Source: an uncultured Aliarcobacter sp.
Lineage (GTDB): Bacteria > Campylobacterota > Campylobacteria > Campylobacterales > Arcobacteraceae
Assembly (NCBI GenBank): GCA_963664305.2
Contig: CAXXLV010000002.1
Span: forward strand, 672,001 to 736,000
DNA: 64,000 bases
Direction: 5' to 3'
In this document: piece after piece, positions 40,950 to 51,467 of the stretch
Layout of the letters: every line of letters begins with the position of its first letter
Numbering within the stretch: position 1 is the first letter of the stretch
Position numbers and translations under genes: made by a program
The notes under the pieces: model-generated
Databases searched by the model: none
What the model was told of the DNA's origin: nothing
Seen by the model: the letters and a program-made list of their open reading frames with translations, nothing else

Positions 40950-42038
40950 TTAAAATTGCATAGACATATTCATCATAAAATTTGTCGAATCACCTTTTGT
41001 ATCTGAATAAATATAATAATCCTTATTTAAAATATTTTTAATACTTAAATCTACTTTTACATCTTCATCATTAATCTTAGTAAAGAAGATAGCTCCTAAA
41101 CTTCCAATAGCATAACTATTTAATTTATCGCTATTCAGATTATCACTATATCTACTTCCAACATAAGTAACTTTACTTATAAATTTTACATCTTTATATA
41201 AATATTCAGCTTTTAAATCCAACTCTTTTTGTGGAGAATATGTTGGAACATTTCCAATTAATTCTTGTAAATTACTATTTAAAACTTCAATATCTGAAAT
41301 TTTGGCAGTTGTTATAACTTTTAAATCTTTTGTTAAATCTTTTGTTAATGAAAATTCTAATCCTCTATATAACTCTTCTGAAGTTTGTAAATAATCTTCA
41401 CTTTCATCACTTTGCGATAAATAATGATTATCTTTTATTATTTGATAAAATGATGTATTAACTGTTGCAAAACCAAGTTCTGAAGTTACATTTAAACTAA
41501 GTTTTTTATTATTTGTATTTTTAAAACTTTGATTTACAAATTTATCATAATCTATACTATTGTTTAAATTTTCAAAACTTATGTTTGAAATGATTATTGA
41601 ATTTGGTTTAAAATATAACTTAACAGCTGATTCTTCTTTTACACTTTTCTTTTTATATGCAACTCCACCTGAAGTATCTATTGTACTTCTTATTGAATCT
41701 TTATAATTCATATTAAAATTCAACCACATATAATCATATAAATAAATGCTACTACTAAAAAGTAAATTATAAGAGTCTTCATTATAAATATCTTGGTTAT
41801 GATAATCTAAATAACTAGCATCTTCATAGCCTGCTTTACCCAATTTATATCTTAATGCATAATCAAATGTTTCTTGTTTTTTTCCCATTTTAAATTCAGC
41901 ATTTTCATCATCTAAATTTACTAATTTGAGATTATTAGTTATTAATTTACTATAAGTATTTATATAATTTATCTCTTTTGCTTGAAGATTTATAACAGTG
42001 AATGCCAATATAATAAAGTAAAAATATATTCTTAACAT
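40950..42038 (-). CDS. Short TonB-receptor-like beta-barrel lacking a recognisable plug
   Basis: Signal peptide; RGLEF, YVGSRYSD and KNILNKDYY...F C-terminal receptor motifs; only 362 aa. Confidence 0.6.
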   Translation of the reverse strand: MLRIYFYFIILAFTVINLQAKEINYINTYSKLITNNLKLVNLDDENAEFKMGKKQETFDYALRYKLGKAGYEDASYLDYHNQDIYNEDSYNLLFSSSIYLYDYMWLNFNMNYKDSIRSTIDTSGGVAYKKKSVKEESAVKLYFKPNSIIISNISFENLNNSIDYDKFVNQSFKNTNNKKLSLNVTSELGFATVNTSFYQIIKDNHYLSQSDESEDYLQTSEELYRGLEFSLTKDLTKDLKVITTAKISDIEVLNSNLQELIGNVPTYSPQKELDLKAEYLYKDVKFISKVTYVGSRYSDNLNSDKLNSYAIGSLGAIFFTKINDEDVKVDLSIKNILNKDYYIYSDTKGDSTNFMMNMSMQF

Positions 42039-42203
42039 TCTTCTATTGTACTTAAATTAATATTAATACATAATTTAATTTTAAGGTTTTAAATAAATTT
42101 TGATAACTATTATTAATTTATAGTTAATGATAAAATTTTATTTAATAAACAGCAAATTTTTATGTTATGATATTACAAGAGATAGTCATAAAAAGGAGTA
42201 TTT

Positions 42204-44111
42204 ATGAAAATATTACTTATTCTATTTGTACTTATTACTTCTTTATTTTCAAATGAAAAAAGAAATCTTACTTTACAACTAAATTGGTTAAATCAATTTC
42301 AATTTGCAGGTTATTATGTAGCAAAAGAAAAAGGTTTTTACAGAGATGTTGGATTAAATGTAACAATAAACGAGCTAAAAAATAAAACTGAATTAGTTGA
42401 AATGATAAAAGAAGAAAAAGCTGATTTTGCAATTGGGCGTTCATCTTTACTTCTAAATAAAATAAATGGTTATGATATTGTGGCTTTAGGAGCAATTTTT
42501 CAACACTCACCTTTGATGTTACTTACTACAAATGAAGAGATAAAAACTATATCAGATTTTAAAAATAAAAAAATCATGATTACACCTGATGCTGAATTTA
42601 CAGCTTCAATAATGGCAATGTTAAACTCAAATGGTATTTACAAAGAAAATGTAAATTTTATTACTCACTCTTTTAATCTTGATGATTTAATAAATAAAAA
42701 AACTGATTTAATGGCTTCTTATGTTTCAAATGAACCTATAAGACTTCAAGAAAAAGGCATAAAATATAAAATCTTTCATCCAAAAGATTATGGATTTGAT
42801 TTTTATAGTGATATTTTATTTACTTCATCAAAATTTATAAAAGAAAATCCAACAACTACTAAAAACTTTTATGAAGCAAGTTTAAAAGGTTGGGAATATG
42901 CTCTAAAAAATAAAGCAGAAACTGCAGAAATAATATATGAAAAATATAATTCTCAAAATAAATCTTTAATAAATATAATTAAAGAAGCTGAAGTTTTAGA
43001 AAAATTTATCATAAATGAAAATGACAATAAAATTGGTTGTTTAGATAGAACAAAACTAGAAAAAACTTTAGATGTATTTAAGGTGCTAGGACTTACAAGA
43101 GATAAACTAGATTTAGATTCTTTTATTTATGAAAATAATCATCATAAAAAAATCGTTTATGAATTAGATTATCAACAAAGAAATCTACTAATAATGTTAA
43201 TTATTTTTATGACTATTATTTTTATTTTGATTATTTATTTTTTAAAAAGAATTCATAATAAAAAAAATTTACTTAATGCTGTTATTAATACAAGTGATGA
43301 TTTAATTTATTATAAAAATCAAAATTTAAAATATATAGGTTGTAATGATGCATTTAAAAAACTTGCTAATAAAACTGAAAATGAAATTATAGGAAAAGAT
43401 GATTTTGAGATTTTTGATAAAAAATATGCACAGGTATTTAGAGAAAATGATTTAAAAGTTCTAAAATCAAAAGAGTTAATAATCCAAGAAGAGTGGTTTG
43501 AGATTGATAATAAAATGTTACTTTTTCAATCTAAAAAAAGACCTTTGAAATGTATGGGTGCACAAATAGGAATTTTAGGAGTTAGTAGAGATATCACAAG
43601 TTTATATGAAACTCAAAAAAAACTAGAAGAACAAGCAACAATGGATGAACTTACAAAAGTTTATAATAGAAAATCTTTTAATGAAAGATTAAAAGAAAAA
43701 GTTGAATTGTTCAAAAGATATGAAAGTTATTTTTGTATTGCATTATTTGATATTGATGATTTTAAATATGTAAATGATAATTATGGACATGATGTTGGAG
43801 ATAAAGTTTTAATAGAAGTTTGTGAAATAGCTAAACAACATATAAGAAATACTGATTTACTTTTTAGAGTTGGTGGAGAAGAGTTTATTATTTTATATCC
43901 AAAAACTTTAATAGATGAAGCCTATTTATCTATTGATAAAATTAGAAATTTAATAAAATGTACAACCATAATAGAAAATCATCCTATTACAGTTAGTGTA
44001 GGTTTAACTCAAATACATAAAAATGATGATGAAGAATCTATATTTAAAAGAATTGATGATTTAATGTATCAATCTAAAAGAACAGGAAAAGATAAAATTA
44101 CGATTGATTAA
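42204..44111 (+). CDS. Diguanylate cyclase with NMT1/THI5-type periplasmic binding and PAS domains
   Basis: LQLNWLNQFQFAGYYVAKEKGFY, TM, PAS, DIDDFKYVND.YGH and GGEEF. Confidence 0.92.
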   Translation: MKILLILFVLITSLFSNEKRNLTLQLNWLNQFQFAGYYVAKEKGFYRDVGLNVTINELKNKTELVEMIKEEKADFAIGRSSLLLNKINGYDIVALGAIFQHSPLMLLTTNEEIKTISDFKNKKIMITPDAEFTASIMAMLNSNGIYKENVNFITHSFNLDDLINKKTDLMASYVSNEPIRLQEKGIKYKIFHPKDYGFDFYSDILFTSSKFIKENPTTTKNFYEASLKGWEYALKNKAETAEIIYEKYNSQNKSLINIIKEAEVLEKFIINENDNKIGCLDRTKLEKTLDVFKVLGLTRDKLDLDSFIYENNHHKKIVYELDYQQRNLLIMLIIFMTIIFILIIYFLKRIHNKKNLLNAVINTSDDLIYYKNQNLKYIGCNDAFKKLANKTENEIIGKDDFEIFDKKYAQVFRENDLKVLKSKELIIQEEWFEIDNKMLLFQSKKRPLKCMGAQIGILGVSRDITSLYETQKKLEEQATMDELTKVYNRKSFNERLKEKVELFKRYESYFCIALFDIDDFKYVNDNYGHDVGDKVLIEVCEIAKQHIRNTDLLFRVGGEEFIILYPKTLIDEAYLSIDKIRNLIKCTTIIENHPITVSVGLTQIHKNDDEESIFKRIDDLMYQSKRTGKDKITID

Positions 44112-44157
44112 CCAAACTTGGGTAAAATAATGCAAAAAAGATAAAAGGATTTTAATT

Positions 44158-44811
44158 TTGAAGAAAAAAAATCATATTAAAAAAATATCTGATTATGCAA
44201 TAGTTGGTGGTTTAGGCGCAATTTTAGTTATTGGACTTACAGGTTGTGATGACAAAGGAAGTAATAACCAAAATCAAAACCAAGGACAAAACAGTGCTTT
44301 TACAGATGCTAGCCAAAAACAAGGAGCATTTGTAATTATAGAAGAATCTGCTGATGGAAAATATAAAATTGCAGATGAGTTCCCTGCTTCAAAAACTACA
44401 ATTGTATTAAGAAAACCAGATGGAACTGAGAGAATTTTAACTCAAGAAGAAATTGATAAACTTGTACGTGAAGAAGAAGCAAAAATCGATGCTGGAACTT
44501 CTGCACTTACAAATCCAAATGCACAATTAACTGATGGTGGAATGGGTCTTGGAGGAGTATTATTATCTTCAATTGCAGGAGCTATGATTGGTTCTTGGTT
44601 AGGAAATAAACTATTTAATAATCAAAATTACCAAAACCAAAGAGCTGCTCAATATAAATCTCCTCAAACATATAGTAAATCACAAAGTTCATTTACAAAA
44701 AGTCCAACAACTTCAACAAATACAAATACATCTACTAAAAAAACAGGATTTTTTGGAAATACTTCAACAAGTAAAACAACATCTTCTGGTACATCACTAT
44801 TTGGAGGTTGA
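44158..44811 (+). CDS. UPF0323-type lipoprotein
   Basis: LTGC lipobox, Gly-rich segment, Ser/Thr-rich tail; precedes the GSP synthase-like gene. Confidence 0.8.
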   Translation: MKKKNHIKKISDYAIVGGLGAILVIGLTGCDDKGSNNQNQNQGQNSAFTDASQKQGAFVIIEESADGKYKIADEFPASKTTIVLRKPDGTERILTQEEIDKLVREEEAKIDAGTSALTNPNAQLTDGGMGLGGVLLSSIAGAMIGSWLGNKLFNNQNYQNQRAAQYKSPQTYSKSQSSFTKSPTTSTNTNTSTKKTGFFGNTSTSKTTSSGTSLFGG

Positions 44812-44814
44812 TTT

Positions 44815-45993
44815 ATGAAATTAGAAAAATTAACTCCACTTACTGATGAGTATTTAGAATCAATCGGATTTGTATGGCACACAGATAGTGATAATTCATC
44901 TTATGTAAGTGATGAAATTGTTGTTATTAATGAAGATGAAGCAAATGCTTATTATGAAGCAACAAATGAACTATATGATATGTTTATTGAAGCTGGGAAA
45001 TATGTAATTGAGAATAATCTATTTCATGAATTAAATATACCTTTTAATTTAGTTGAAGTTATAAAAGAATCATGGGAAAATGAAGTTCACTGGCATCTAT
45101 ATTCAAGATTTGATTTAGCTGGTGGAATAGATGGACAACCAATAAAACTGATTGAATTTAATGCAGATACACCTACTTCACTTTTTGAAACTGCAATTAT
45201 TCAATGGGCAATGTTAAAGAAAAATGGATTAGATGAAGCTAGTCAATTTAATAGTTTATATGAAGCTTTAAAAGACAATTTTAAAAGAATTATAACTTTA
45301 GATACTGATATTGAAAAATTTGAAGAGTTTTATTCTGCTCTTGGATGGAAAATTTTATTTTCTTCAATTTCAAGTTCATCAGAAGATATAAATACTACAA
45401 AACTTTTACAACATATTGCAAGTGAAGCTGGTTTTAATACAGATTTTGAATTTATTGAAAATGTTCAATTTAGTGATGATGGAATATTTAAAGATGATGA
45501 ACTTTTTGAATTTTGGTTTAAACTAATTCCTTGGGAAAATATAGGAATTGAAGAGAGCGAATTAGCCCTACTTTTAACTGAAATCATAAAAGAGAAAAAA
45601 GCAATTATTTTTAATCCAGCTTATACATTGATGTTTCAATCAAAAGGATTTATGAAAATTTTATGGGATTTATATCCAAATCATCCACTTTTACTTGAAA
45701 CTTCTTTTGAACCATTAGTTGGTAAAAAACAAGTGGAAAAAAGATGTTTTGGAAGAGAAGGTGCAAATACTAAAATCATAAATATTGATGGAACTATTGA
45801 TGAACAAACAAGCGGTGAATATGAAGGTCATAAAGCTATTTATCAAGAGTTTGTAGAGTTTCCAAAAGATGAAAAAGGGAATTTATATCAAGCTGGAGTA
45901 TTTTTTGCTTATGAAGCTTGTGGATTAGGATTTAGACGTGGTGGAAAAATTTTAAATAATATGTCTAAATTTGTAGGTCATATTATTAGATAA
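44815..45993 (+). CDS. Glutathionylspermidine synthase family ATP-grasp protein
   Basis: RFD, EFNADTPT, FKLIPWE and GREGAN motifs. Confidence 0.92.
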   Translation: MKLEKLTPLTDEYLESIGFVWHTDSDNSSYVSDEIVVINEDEANAYYEATNELYDMFIEAGKYVIENNLFHELNIPFNLVEVIKESWENEVHWHLYSRFDLAGGIDGQPIKLIEFNADTPTSLFETAIIQWAMLKKNGLDEASQFNSLYEALKDNFKRIITLDTDIEKFEEFYSALGWKILFSSISSSSEDINTTKLLQHIASEAGFNTDFEFIENVQFSDDGIFKDDELFEFWFKLIPWENIGIEESELALLLTEIIKEKKAIIFNPAYTLMFQSKGFMKILWDLYPNHPLLLETSFEPLVGKKQVEKRCFGREGANTKIINIDGTIDEQTSGEYEGHKAIYQEFVEFPKDEKGNLYQAGVFFAYEACGLGFRRGGKILNNMSKFVGHIIR

Positions 45994-45994
45994 T

Positions 45995-46032
45995 AAAAAG
46001 ATTGGGGAAAGAATAAAAACCCCAATCTTTTT
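45995..46032. terminator. Bidirectional terminator
   Basis: aaaaagattgggg...ccccaatcttttt between convergent genes. Confidence 0.7.
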
Positions 46033-46043
46033 TTATCATCTTA

Positions 46044-47813
46044 TTAATTCTTCATACTATTTAATTGGGCAAACAGTTCATCCAAAATATCTTCAATCTC
46101 GTTTGAATACATTAAAATTACTTTTTCATCCTTTTGTTTTATTGAAATTCCATATAATTCTAACTTTTTATCAAGTTGATAAGTTTTTTCTTTAATATTA
46201 ACTATCATAGAATGTTTATCGTATTTAGCGATAAATTGTTCAATATTTTTTCTATTTTCAACATCAATATTTATTGTTTTACTATTATTGTTTACTTGGT
46301 TCAAAATAGCTTGTTTATATTTTGCATAATCAATTTTTATATTATTTATCTCTTGAACTAAATCAAAATTAGAGATTCGTTTTTCAACACTTTTATCATA
46401 TTTATTTAAAGAAGCAGCTTTTATCATATTTAGTGCAACTTCGTTTGTTTCTATAGCTAAATCTTTTGTTTTAGTTGCCATATTTGCATTTTCTTGTGTA
46501 ATATAATCAAGTCTATTCATAGTCTCACTAATTTGTGCTAGGTTTCTCATTTGAACATCATTTGCTCTTGCCACATCATCAATTATTACTGTATTTTCTT
46601 CAATCATAGAAGCTAGTTTTTCAAAACTATTTTTCATATTTAAAGAATAATTTTTACCATCAACTGATTTTTGACTTGCAACTTCAACTAAATTTTTAAT
46701 CTGTTTTGCAGCTTCGGCACTTCGAGAAGCTAAGTTTCGCACTTCAGCAGCAACAACAGCGAATCCCTTTCCAGCTTCACCAGCAGTTGCAGCTTCAACT
46801 GCTGCATTAAGAGATAAAATATTTGTTTGAAATGCAATTTGGTCAATAATCGTAATAGCTTCAGAAATCGCATTTGTTGAATCATTTATTTCAAGCATTG
46901 ATTTTTCTGTATTTTCTACAAGTTTAATTCCTTCATTTGCATAATTCTTAGTTTCTGTTGCGATTTCAAGCATATTTCTTGCTTTTTGAGAAGTTGTTGT
47001 GATATTTACAGTGATTTCTTGAACAGCTGCACTCGTTTGCTCTAATGAGGCTGCTTGACTTATAGTTGCATTATGTAATGAATTAACCAATGATAAAAGT
47101 TGATTTGACTTTTCATCTAACACATAACCATTTTTATTTATCATCGCTAAAAATTCTGATACGTTTGTTCCAATCATATTTAAACATCTTAAAAGTGTAT
47201 TTACAATCGCTCCAATATCACTTTTATCTGCTTTTATTTCAAAATTTCCATTTGCATAACTAAGTGATGTTTGAAAAGAGTTAACAACATTTTCTCTTAA
47301 ACTATCAATCATATGATTGAAATTATCTTTTAATTCATTTATATAAACATTATTTGCTTGGCCATTTATCCGATAAACTAAGAAACCTTTTCCAATCATT
47401 TTTGAAACAAATTTTGCTTCATCAATAACAGCATTATCAATAGCTAATCCATCTTTAATTTTTTTGATATTTTCATTTAACTCTTTTGCCATATCACCAA
47501 ATTCATCTTTAGTATGTAAATCAATAATATCAAGATTTTTTTCTGTTGAAGTCAGATAATTGAAAAATCTACTAAGTCCTGATTTTATAGTAATCATTGA
47601 ATGATTAATATTATTTGAAATTAATAAAAAAAATACAACTGTAGCAACTAATATTAAACATATAAAAATTATAGAAAAAGTCAAACCTTCTTGAGTTTTA
47701 CTCTCTAATATATGATTTATATATAATCCTGAAACAAATAAAAAACCAAAAAATGGAAATATAATCATAAAAATTAGTTTACTTTTTAAACTAACATTGT
47801 CTAAAAATTTCAT
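46044..47813 (-). CDS. Methyl-accepting chemotaxis protein without a periplasmic sensor domain
   Basis: Two adjacent TMs, MCP signalling hairpin, C-terminal extension; ATG at 47813 after AAGGA. Confidence 0.9.
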   Translation of the reverse strand: MKFLDNVSLKSKLIFMIIFPFFGFLFVSGLYINHILESKTQEGLTFSIIFICLILVATVVFFLLISNNINHSMITIKSGLSRFFNYLTSTEKNLDIIDLHTKDEFGDMAKELNENIKKIKDGLAIDNAVIDEAKFVSKMIGKGFLVYRINGQANNVYINELKDNFNHMIDSLRENVVNSFQTSLSYANGNFEIKADKSDIGAIVNTLLRCLNMIGTNVSEFLAMINKNGYVLDEKSNQLLSLVNSLHNATISQAASLEQTSAAVQEITVNITTTSQKARNMLEIATETKNYANEGIKLVENTEKSMLEINDSTNAISEAITIIDQIAFQTNILSLNAAVEAATAGEAGKGFAVVAAEVRNLASRSAEAAKQIKNLVEVASQKSVDGKNYSLNMKNSFEKLASMIEENTVIIDDVARANDVQMRNLAQISETMNRLDYITQENANMATKTKDLAIETNEVALNMIKAASLNKYDKSVEKRISNFDLVQEINNIKIDYAKYKQAILNQVNNNSKTINIDVENRKNIEQFIAKYDKHSMIVNIKEKTYQLDKKLELYGISIKQKDEKVILMYSNEIEDILDELFAQLNSMKN

Positions 47814-47823
47814 TTTAATTCCT

Positions 47824-47901
47824 TTTAATAAATAATCAAACATAAAATATATGTTTGATTATTTATTAAATTAAAAAGAATTAGGGCTTAAAGCCCTAAT
47901 T
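47824..47901. repeat. Two perfect inverted repeats upstream of the MCP
   Basis: 21-bp arms at 47824-47844 and 47850-47870; aattagggctt-a-aagccctaatt at 47879-47901. Confidence 0.75.
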
Positions 47902-47949
47902 GACAGAATGATAGATTAAAATAAATCTCAAATAGCCTATTTTTTCTTT

Positions 47950-48747
47950 TTAATCATCATGTTTTGCAAATTTTTTATATAAAAAGTCTAAGATAGCTTC
48001 TCTACATCTAATATATTCAGGGTCACTTTGAAGAGCCACTCTATCTCTTGGTCTTGGAAGATTTACTTCTAAAATCTCTCCAATTGTTGCTTCTGGTCCA
48101 TTTGTCATCATAATTACTCTATCACTTAATAGCACTGCTTCATCAATATCATGAGTGATGATAATTACAGTATTTTGCACACTTTGTTGTATTCTCATTA
48201 AATGTTCTTGTAAATTTGCTCTTGTTAAACTATCAAGTGCTCCAAAAGGTTCATCCATTAGTAATACTTCTGGTTTTATTGAAAGTGCTCTTGCAATTCC
48301 TACTCTTTGTTTCATTCCACCACTAATTTCACCAGGAAATTTATCTTTTGCATGGTCAAGATTTACCATAGAAACAAAATGTAAAACTCTCTCTTTTAAC
48401 TCAGGAGATGTTAAATTTGGCATAACTTTTTTTACTGCCATTTCAATATTTTGATAAACTGAAAGCCAAGGTAAAAGTGAATGATTTTGAAATACCACAG
48501 CCCTTTCAGGTCCAGGTCCAGTTATCTCTTTATTATTTAAAATAATATTTCCTTTTGTTTGGGCATCAAGTCCAGCAATCATATTTAAAAGAGTTGATTT
48601 ACCACAACCACTATGTCCAATAATTGAAATAATTTCATTTTTTCTAATATTAAGATTTACATCAACTACAGCTTTGTACTCTTTTCCACCTGGAAGTGCA
48701 AATGTTTTATCTATATTACTTAGTTGTAAAAATTTGTCATTATTCAT
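47950..48747 (-). CDS. nrtD: Nitrate ABC transporter ATPase (NrtC/D-like)
   Basis: GHSGCGKST, VVFQNHSLLPWL, ISGGMKQRVGIARAL and MTNGPEATIG motifs. Confidence 0.88.
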   Translation of the reverse strand: MNNDKFLQLSNIDKTFALPGGKEYKAVVDVNLNIRKNEIISIIGHSGCGKSTLLNMIAGLDAQTKGNIILNNKEITGPGPERAVVFQNHSLLPWLSVYQNIEMAVKKVMPNLTSPELKERVLHFVSMVNLDHAKDKFPGEISGGMKQRVGIARALSIKPEVLLMDEPFGALDSLTRANLQEHLMRIQQSVQNTVIIITHDIDEAVLLSDRVIMMTNGPEATIGEILEVNLPRPRDRVALQSDPEYIRCREAILDFLYKKFAKHDD

Positions 48748-48758
48748 CTTTTAACCTT

Positions 48759-49574
48759 TTACATTTTTTTTCTATAATCAAAATAATCAGCAATTTTTCC
48801 CATGAATAAATCAAGAATAAATCCAATTACACCAACAACAATAATTCCAATGATAATATTATGATAAGCAAGATTGTTATACTCATCCCAAATCCAGAAC
48901 CCAATACCAATACCACCTGTTAGCATTTCAGCTGCAACAATTACAAGCCAAGCAATACCTAAAGATAGTCTCATTCCTGTAAAAATATAAGGAACTGCAA
49001 CTGGTAAAATAATTTGGAAAACTTTTTCTAATGGAGAAAATCTTAAAACTTTTGCAACATTTAAATAGTCTTCACTAACACTTTTTACACCTAAAGATGT
49101 ATTAATTATAATTGGCCAAATTGAAGTAATAAAAATAGTTGACATAGCTGTATTATCAATATCTTTAAATGCAAACAATAATAATGGCAACCAAGCTAGT
49201 GGAGAAACTGGTTTAAAAATTTGAATAAATGGATCTAGTGCATATTGAATATTTTTACTCATTCCAACCATCAAACCAACAGGTACTCCAACTAAAACAG
49301 CCAATGCAAATCCACCGAATACTCTTTTTAAAGATTCTAAAACTTGCCAAAAAATTCCTTTTACATCTTGATTCTCAACATAAAAAGGGTCACTTAAAAC
49401 TCCTTTTAATGTTTCTCCATCACTTGTAGTTCCTCCAAAAGCATAAACATAAGTATCACTTGGAGTTGGAAAACCTGGAATCATTGAAGCAACAACTGAC
49501 CAAACTTGTATAATAACTACAAGTACAACAAGAGGTAAAATTACCTTTTTTAATCTATCTTTATTCAAAATCAA
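48759..49574 (-). CDS. nrtB: Nitrate ABC transporter permease
   Basis: PVSPLAWLP and IAWLVIVAAEMLTGGIGIGFWIWDEYNN motifs. Confidence 0.9.
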   Translation of the reverse strand: MILNKDRLKKVILPLVVLVVIIQVWSVVASMIPGFPTPSDTYVYAFGGTTSDGETLKGVLSDPFYVENQDVKGIFWQVLESLKRVFGGFALAVLVGVPVGLMVGMSKNIQYALDPFIQIFKPVSPLAWLPLLLFAFKDIDNTAMSTIFITSIWPIIINTSLGVKSVSEDYLNVAKVLRFSPLEKVFQIILPVAVPYIFTGMRLSLGIAWLVIVAAEMLTGGIGIGFWIWDEYNNLAYHNIIIGIIVVGVIGFILDLFMGKIADYFDYRKKM

Positions 49575-49660
49575 TCCTTTTTATAAATTTGCCCTTTTTA
49601 ATATATAAATTTTTATATACGAAAAGGGCAAAGCTCAGTTTGAGCTTTTTCCTTTTTTAA

Positions 49661-51040
49661 CTATTTTTTAGTAACAAATTTTGGATCTGCACAACCAGCT
49701 GGTCCATAAGGACAAACATATGAAGGTTGTTTTGTATCAACTTTCCAGTTATTTACTTTCATTAAATCTTCTTTTGAAACTACTGGACTTGTTACATCAA
49801 AACTATAGATATAATCAACAGCTTTGTTTGGGTCCCATACTTTTCCATCTAAGAATTTGTTATATTCATCAACACCATCTTTTTTCCATGCACTTGGTGG
49901 TAACTCATACCCTACTTCTTTTGCAACTGTTTCAAATAAATCTGGTCTATAAACTTTTTCAATTGTAGCTTTCATATCAACAGGAGATGTTAATTGTCCC
50001 CATCTATACATTTGTGTTATAAACCACATACCATGAGAATAAAATGGATATGCTGCATAATAGTTAGCAAATACGTTAAACATTGGGTTTTTAGAATCAG
50101 TTCCAGGATTATAAAGGAATGTTCCACTCATTGATTTTCTTAATACATCAACTGGAGCTTTTACATAGTTATCTTGAGCTAAAAATTTAATAGCCTCTTC
50201 TCTGTGTTCCCAAGACTCATCTAACCACATTTGAGCTTTTAAGATTGCTCTCATAACTGCTTTTGTAGTTTCAGGATTTTTTTCTATAAAATCTGCACGT
50301 GCTTGTAAAACTTTTTCTGGATTATTGTTCCAAATATCATAGTTTGTTACAAGTGCACTTCCTGCATTTTTTTCAACAATTCTTGTATTCCAAGGCTCAC
50401 CAACACAATATCCATCAATATTTCCAGCTATTAAGTTTTGTGGCATTGTTGGTGGTGGGAAAGGTTTGATTGTAGTATCTTCATCTGGTTTTATTCCACT
50501 TGCAGCCATCCAATATCTTAACTCATAATTATGAGTAGAAACTGGGTGAACCATTCCAAAATTTAAAGGTTGATATTTATTTCCTTCAACTTTATGTTTT
50601 TCATCAATATATTTTTTTAAACTTTCAGCAGTAACTGGTCTTTCTTCTTTTTTAAGACCATATTTTTCCATTTCACCAATGATTTTATTTCCAAATGTAA
50701 TTGCATTTCCATTGAAATCAAGAGATAATAAAGCTTGTAAATTTGCATTACCATTTATTCCTAATGTAGCTGCAATTGGCATACCTGCAAGTGCATGAGA
50801 AAAATCATATTCACCTGAAATTACTTTTTGTTGAATTCCAGGCCATCCACCACCCTCTTTTGCAACATCAACATCTAAACCTTCTTCTTTAAAGAAACCT
50901 TTTTCTTTTGCTATTACTATTGGAGCACAATCAGTTAAAGCAATGAAACCAATTTTCAATTTTGTTTTTTCAGGAGCAGCTATTAATGAGCTTGCAACAA
51001 CAGACAATCCTAGACCTAAAGTTAAAAATTTACCCAACAT
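49661..51040 (-). CDS. nrtA: Nitrate ABC transporter substrate-binding protein (NrtA/CmpA)
   Basis: [32 protein letters not shown] and PEKV motifs. Confidence 0.9.
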   Translation of the reverse strand: MLGKFLTLGLGLSVVASSLIAAPEKTKLKIGFIALTDCAPIVIAKEKGFFKEEGLDVDVAKEGGGWPGIQQKVISGEYDFSHALAGMPIAATLGINGNANLQALLSLDFNGNAITFGNKIIGEMEKYGLKKEERPVTAESLKKYIDEKHKVEGNKYQPLNFGMVHPVSTHNYELRYWMAASGIKPDEDTTIKPFPPPTMPQNLIAGNIDGYCVGEPWNTRIVEKNAGSALVTNYDIWNNNPEKVLQARADFIEKNPETTKAVMRAILKAQMWLDESWEHREEAIKFLAQDNYVKAPVDVLRKSMSGTFLYNPGTDSKNPMFNVFANYYAAYPFYSHGMWFITQMYRWGQLTSPVDMKATIEKVYRPDLFETVAKEVGYELPPSAWKKDGVDEYNKFLDGKVWDPNKAVDYIYSFDVTSPVVSKEDLMKVNNWKVDTKQPSYVCPYGPAGCADPKFVTKK

Positions 51041-51105
51041 TTTTTCTCCTATGTTTTTGATTAGAAAATAGTAACATTAATTTTTTATGATTTATATAGC
51101 TTTAT

Positions 51106-51122
51106 TGTTTATTTTTTATACA
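51106..51122 (-). promoter_or_regulatory. 17-bp dyad upstream of nrtA
   Basis: TGTTTA-TTTTT-TATACA; minus-strand TGnTACTAT -10 starting at 51073. Confidence 0.65.
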
Positions 51123-51386
51123 TTTTATACTTAATAATTCATAAATTCAATTTTTATTAATAAATTTTACTTAATTTATAATGTATATATTATATTTTTA
51201 ACTTAATTTATCATTAATTTAAAAGTAGTTAACTATATTGATTTATTTTTTGTTTTTTTATTGAGTTTATTTTTTTATTTATAAACTTAAATTATCATTA
51301 ATATATATAGATAATTACTCATTAAATAGTTTTATTCTAAAAATTTAACTTATTTTTACATTAAAATATTTATTTTAAATTGCTTT

Positions 51387-51403
51387 TGTTTAATTTTTAT
51401 ACA
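51387..51403 (+). promoter_or_regulatory. 17-bp dyad upstream of narK
   Basis: TGTTTA-ATTTT-TATACA; TATAAT at 51435. Confidence 0.65.
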
Positions 51404-51467
51404 GCATTTATCACTTTTTTTGATTTTATTAATTTATAATTTCATTAAATATAAATAGGAGACAAAA

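Noticed and set aside
47824..49648. ANTAR (NasR/NasT) antitermination motif in the nitrate operon hairpins
   Set aside because: The hairpins do not show the paired hexaloop pattern, are not in the operon leader, and no ANTAR protein is in the window
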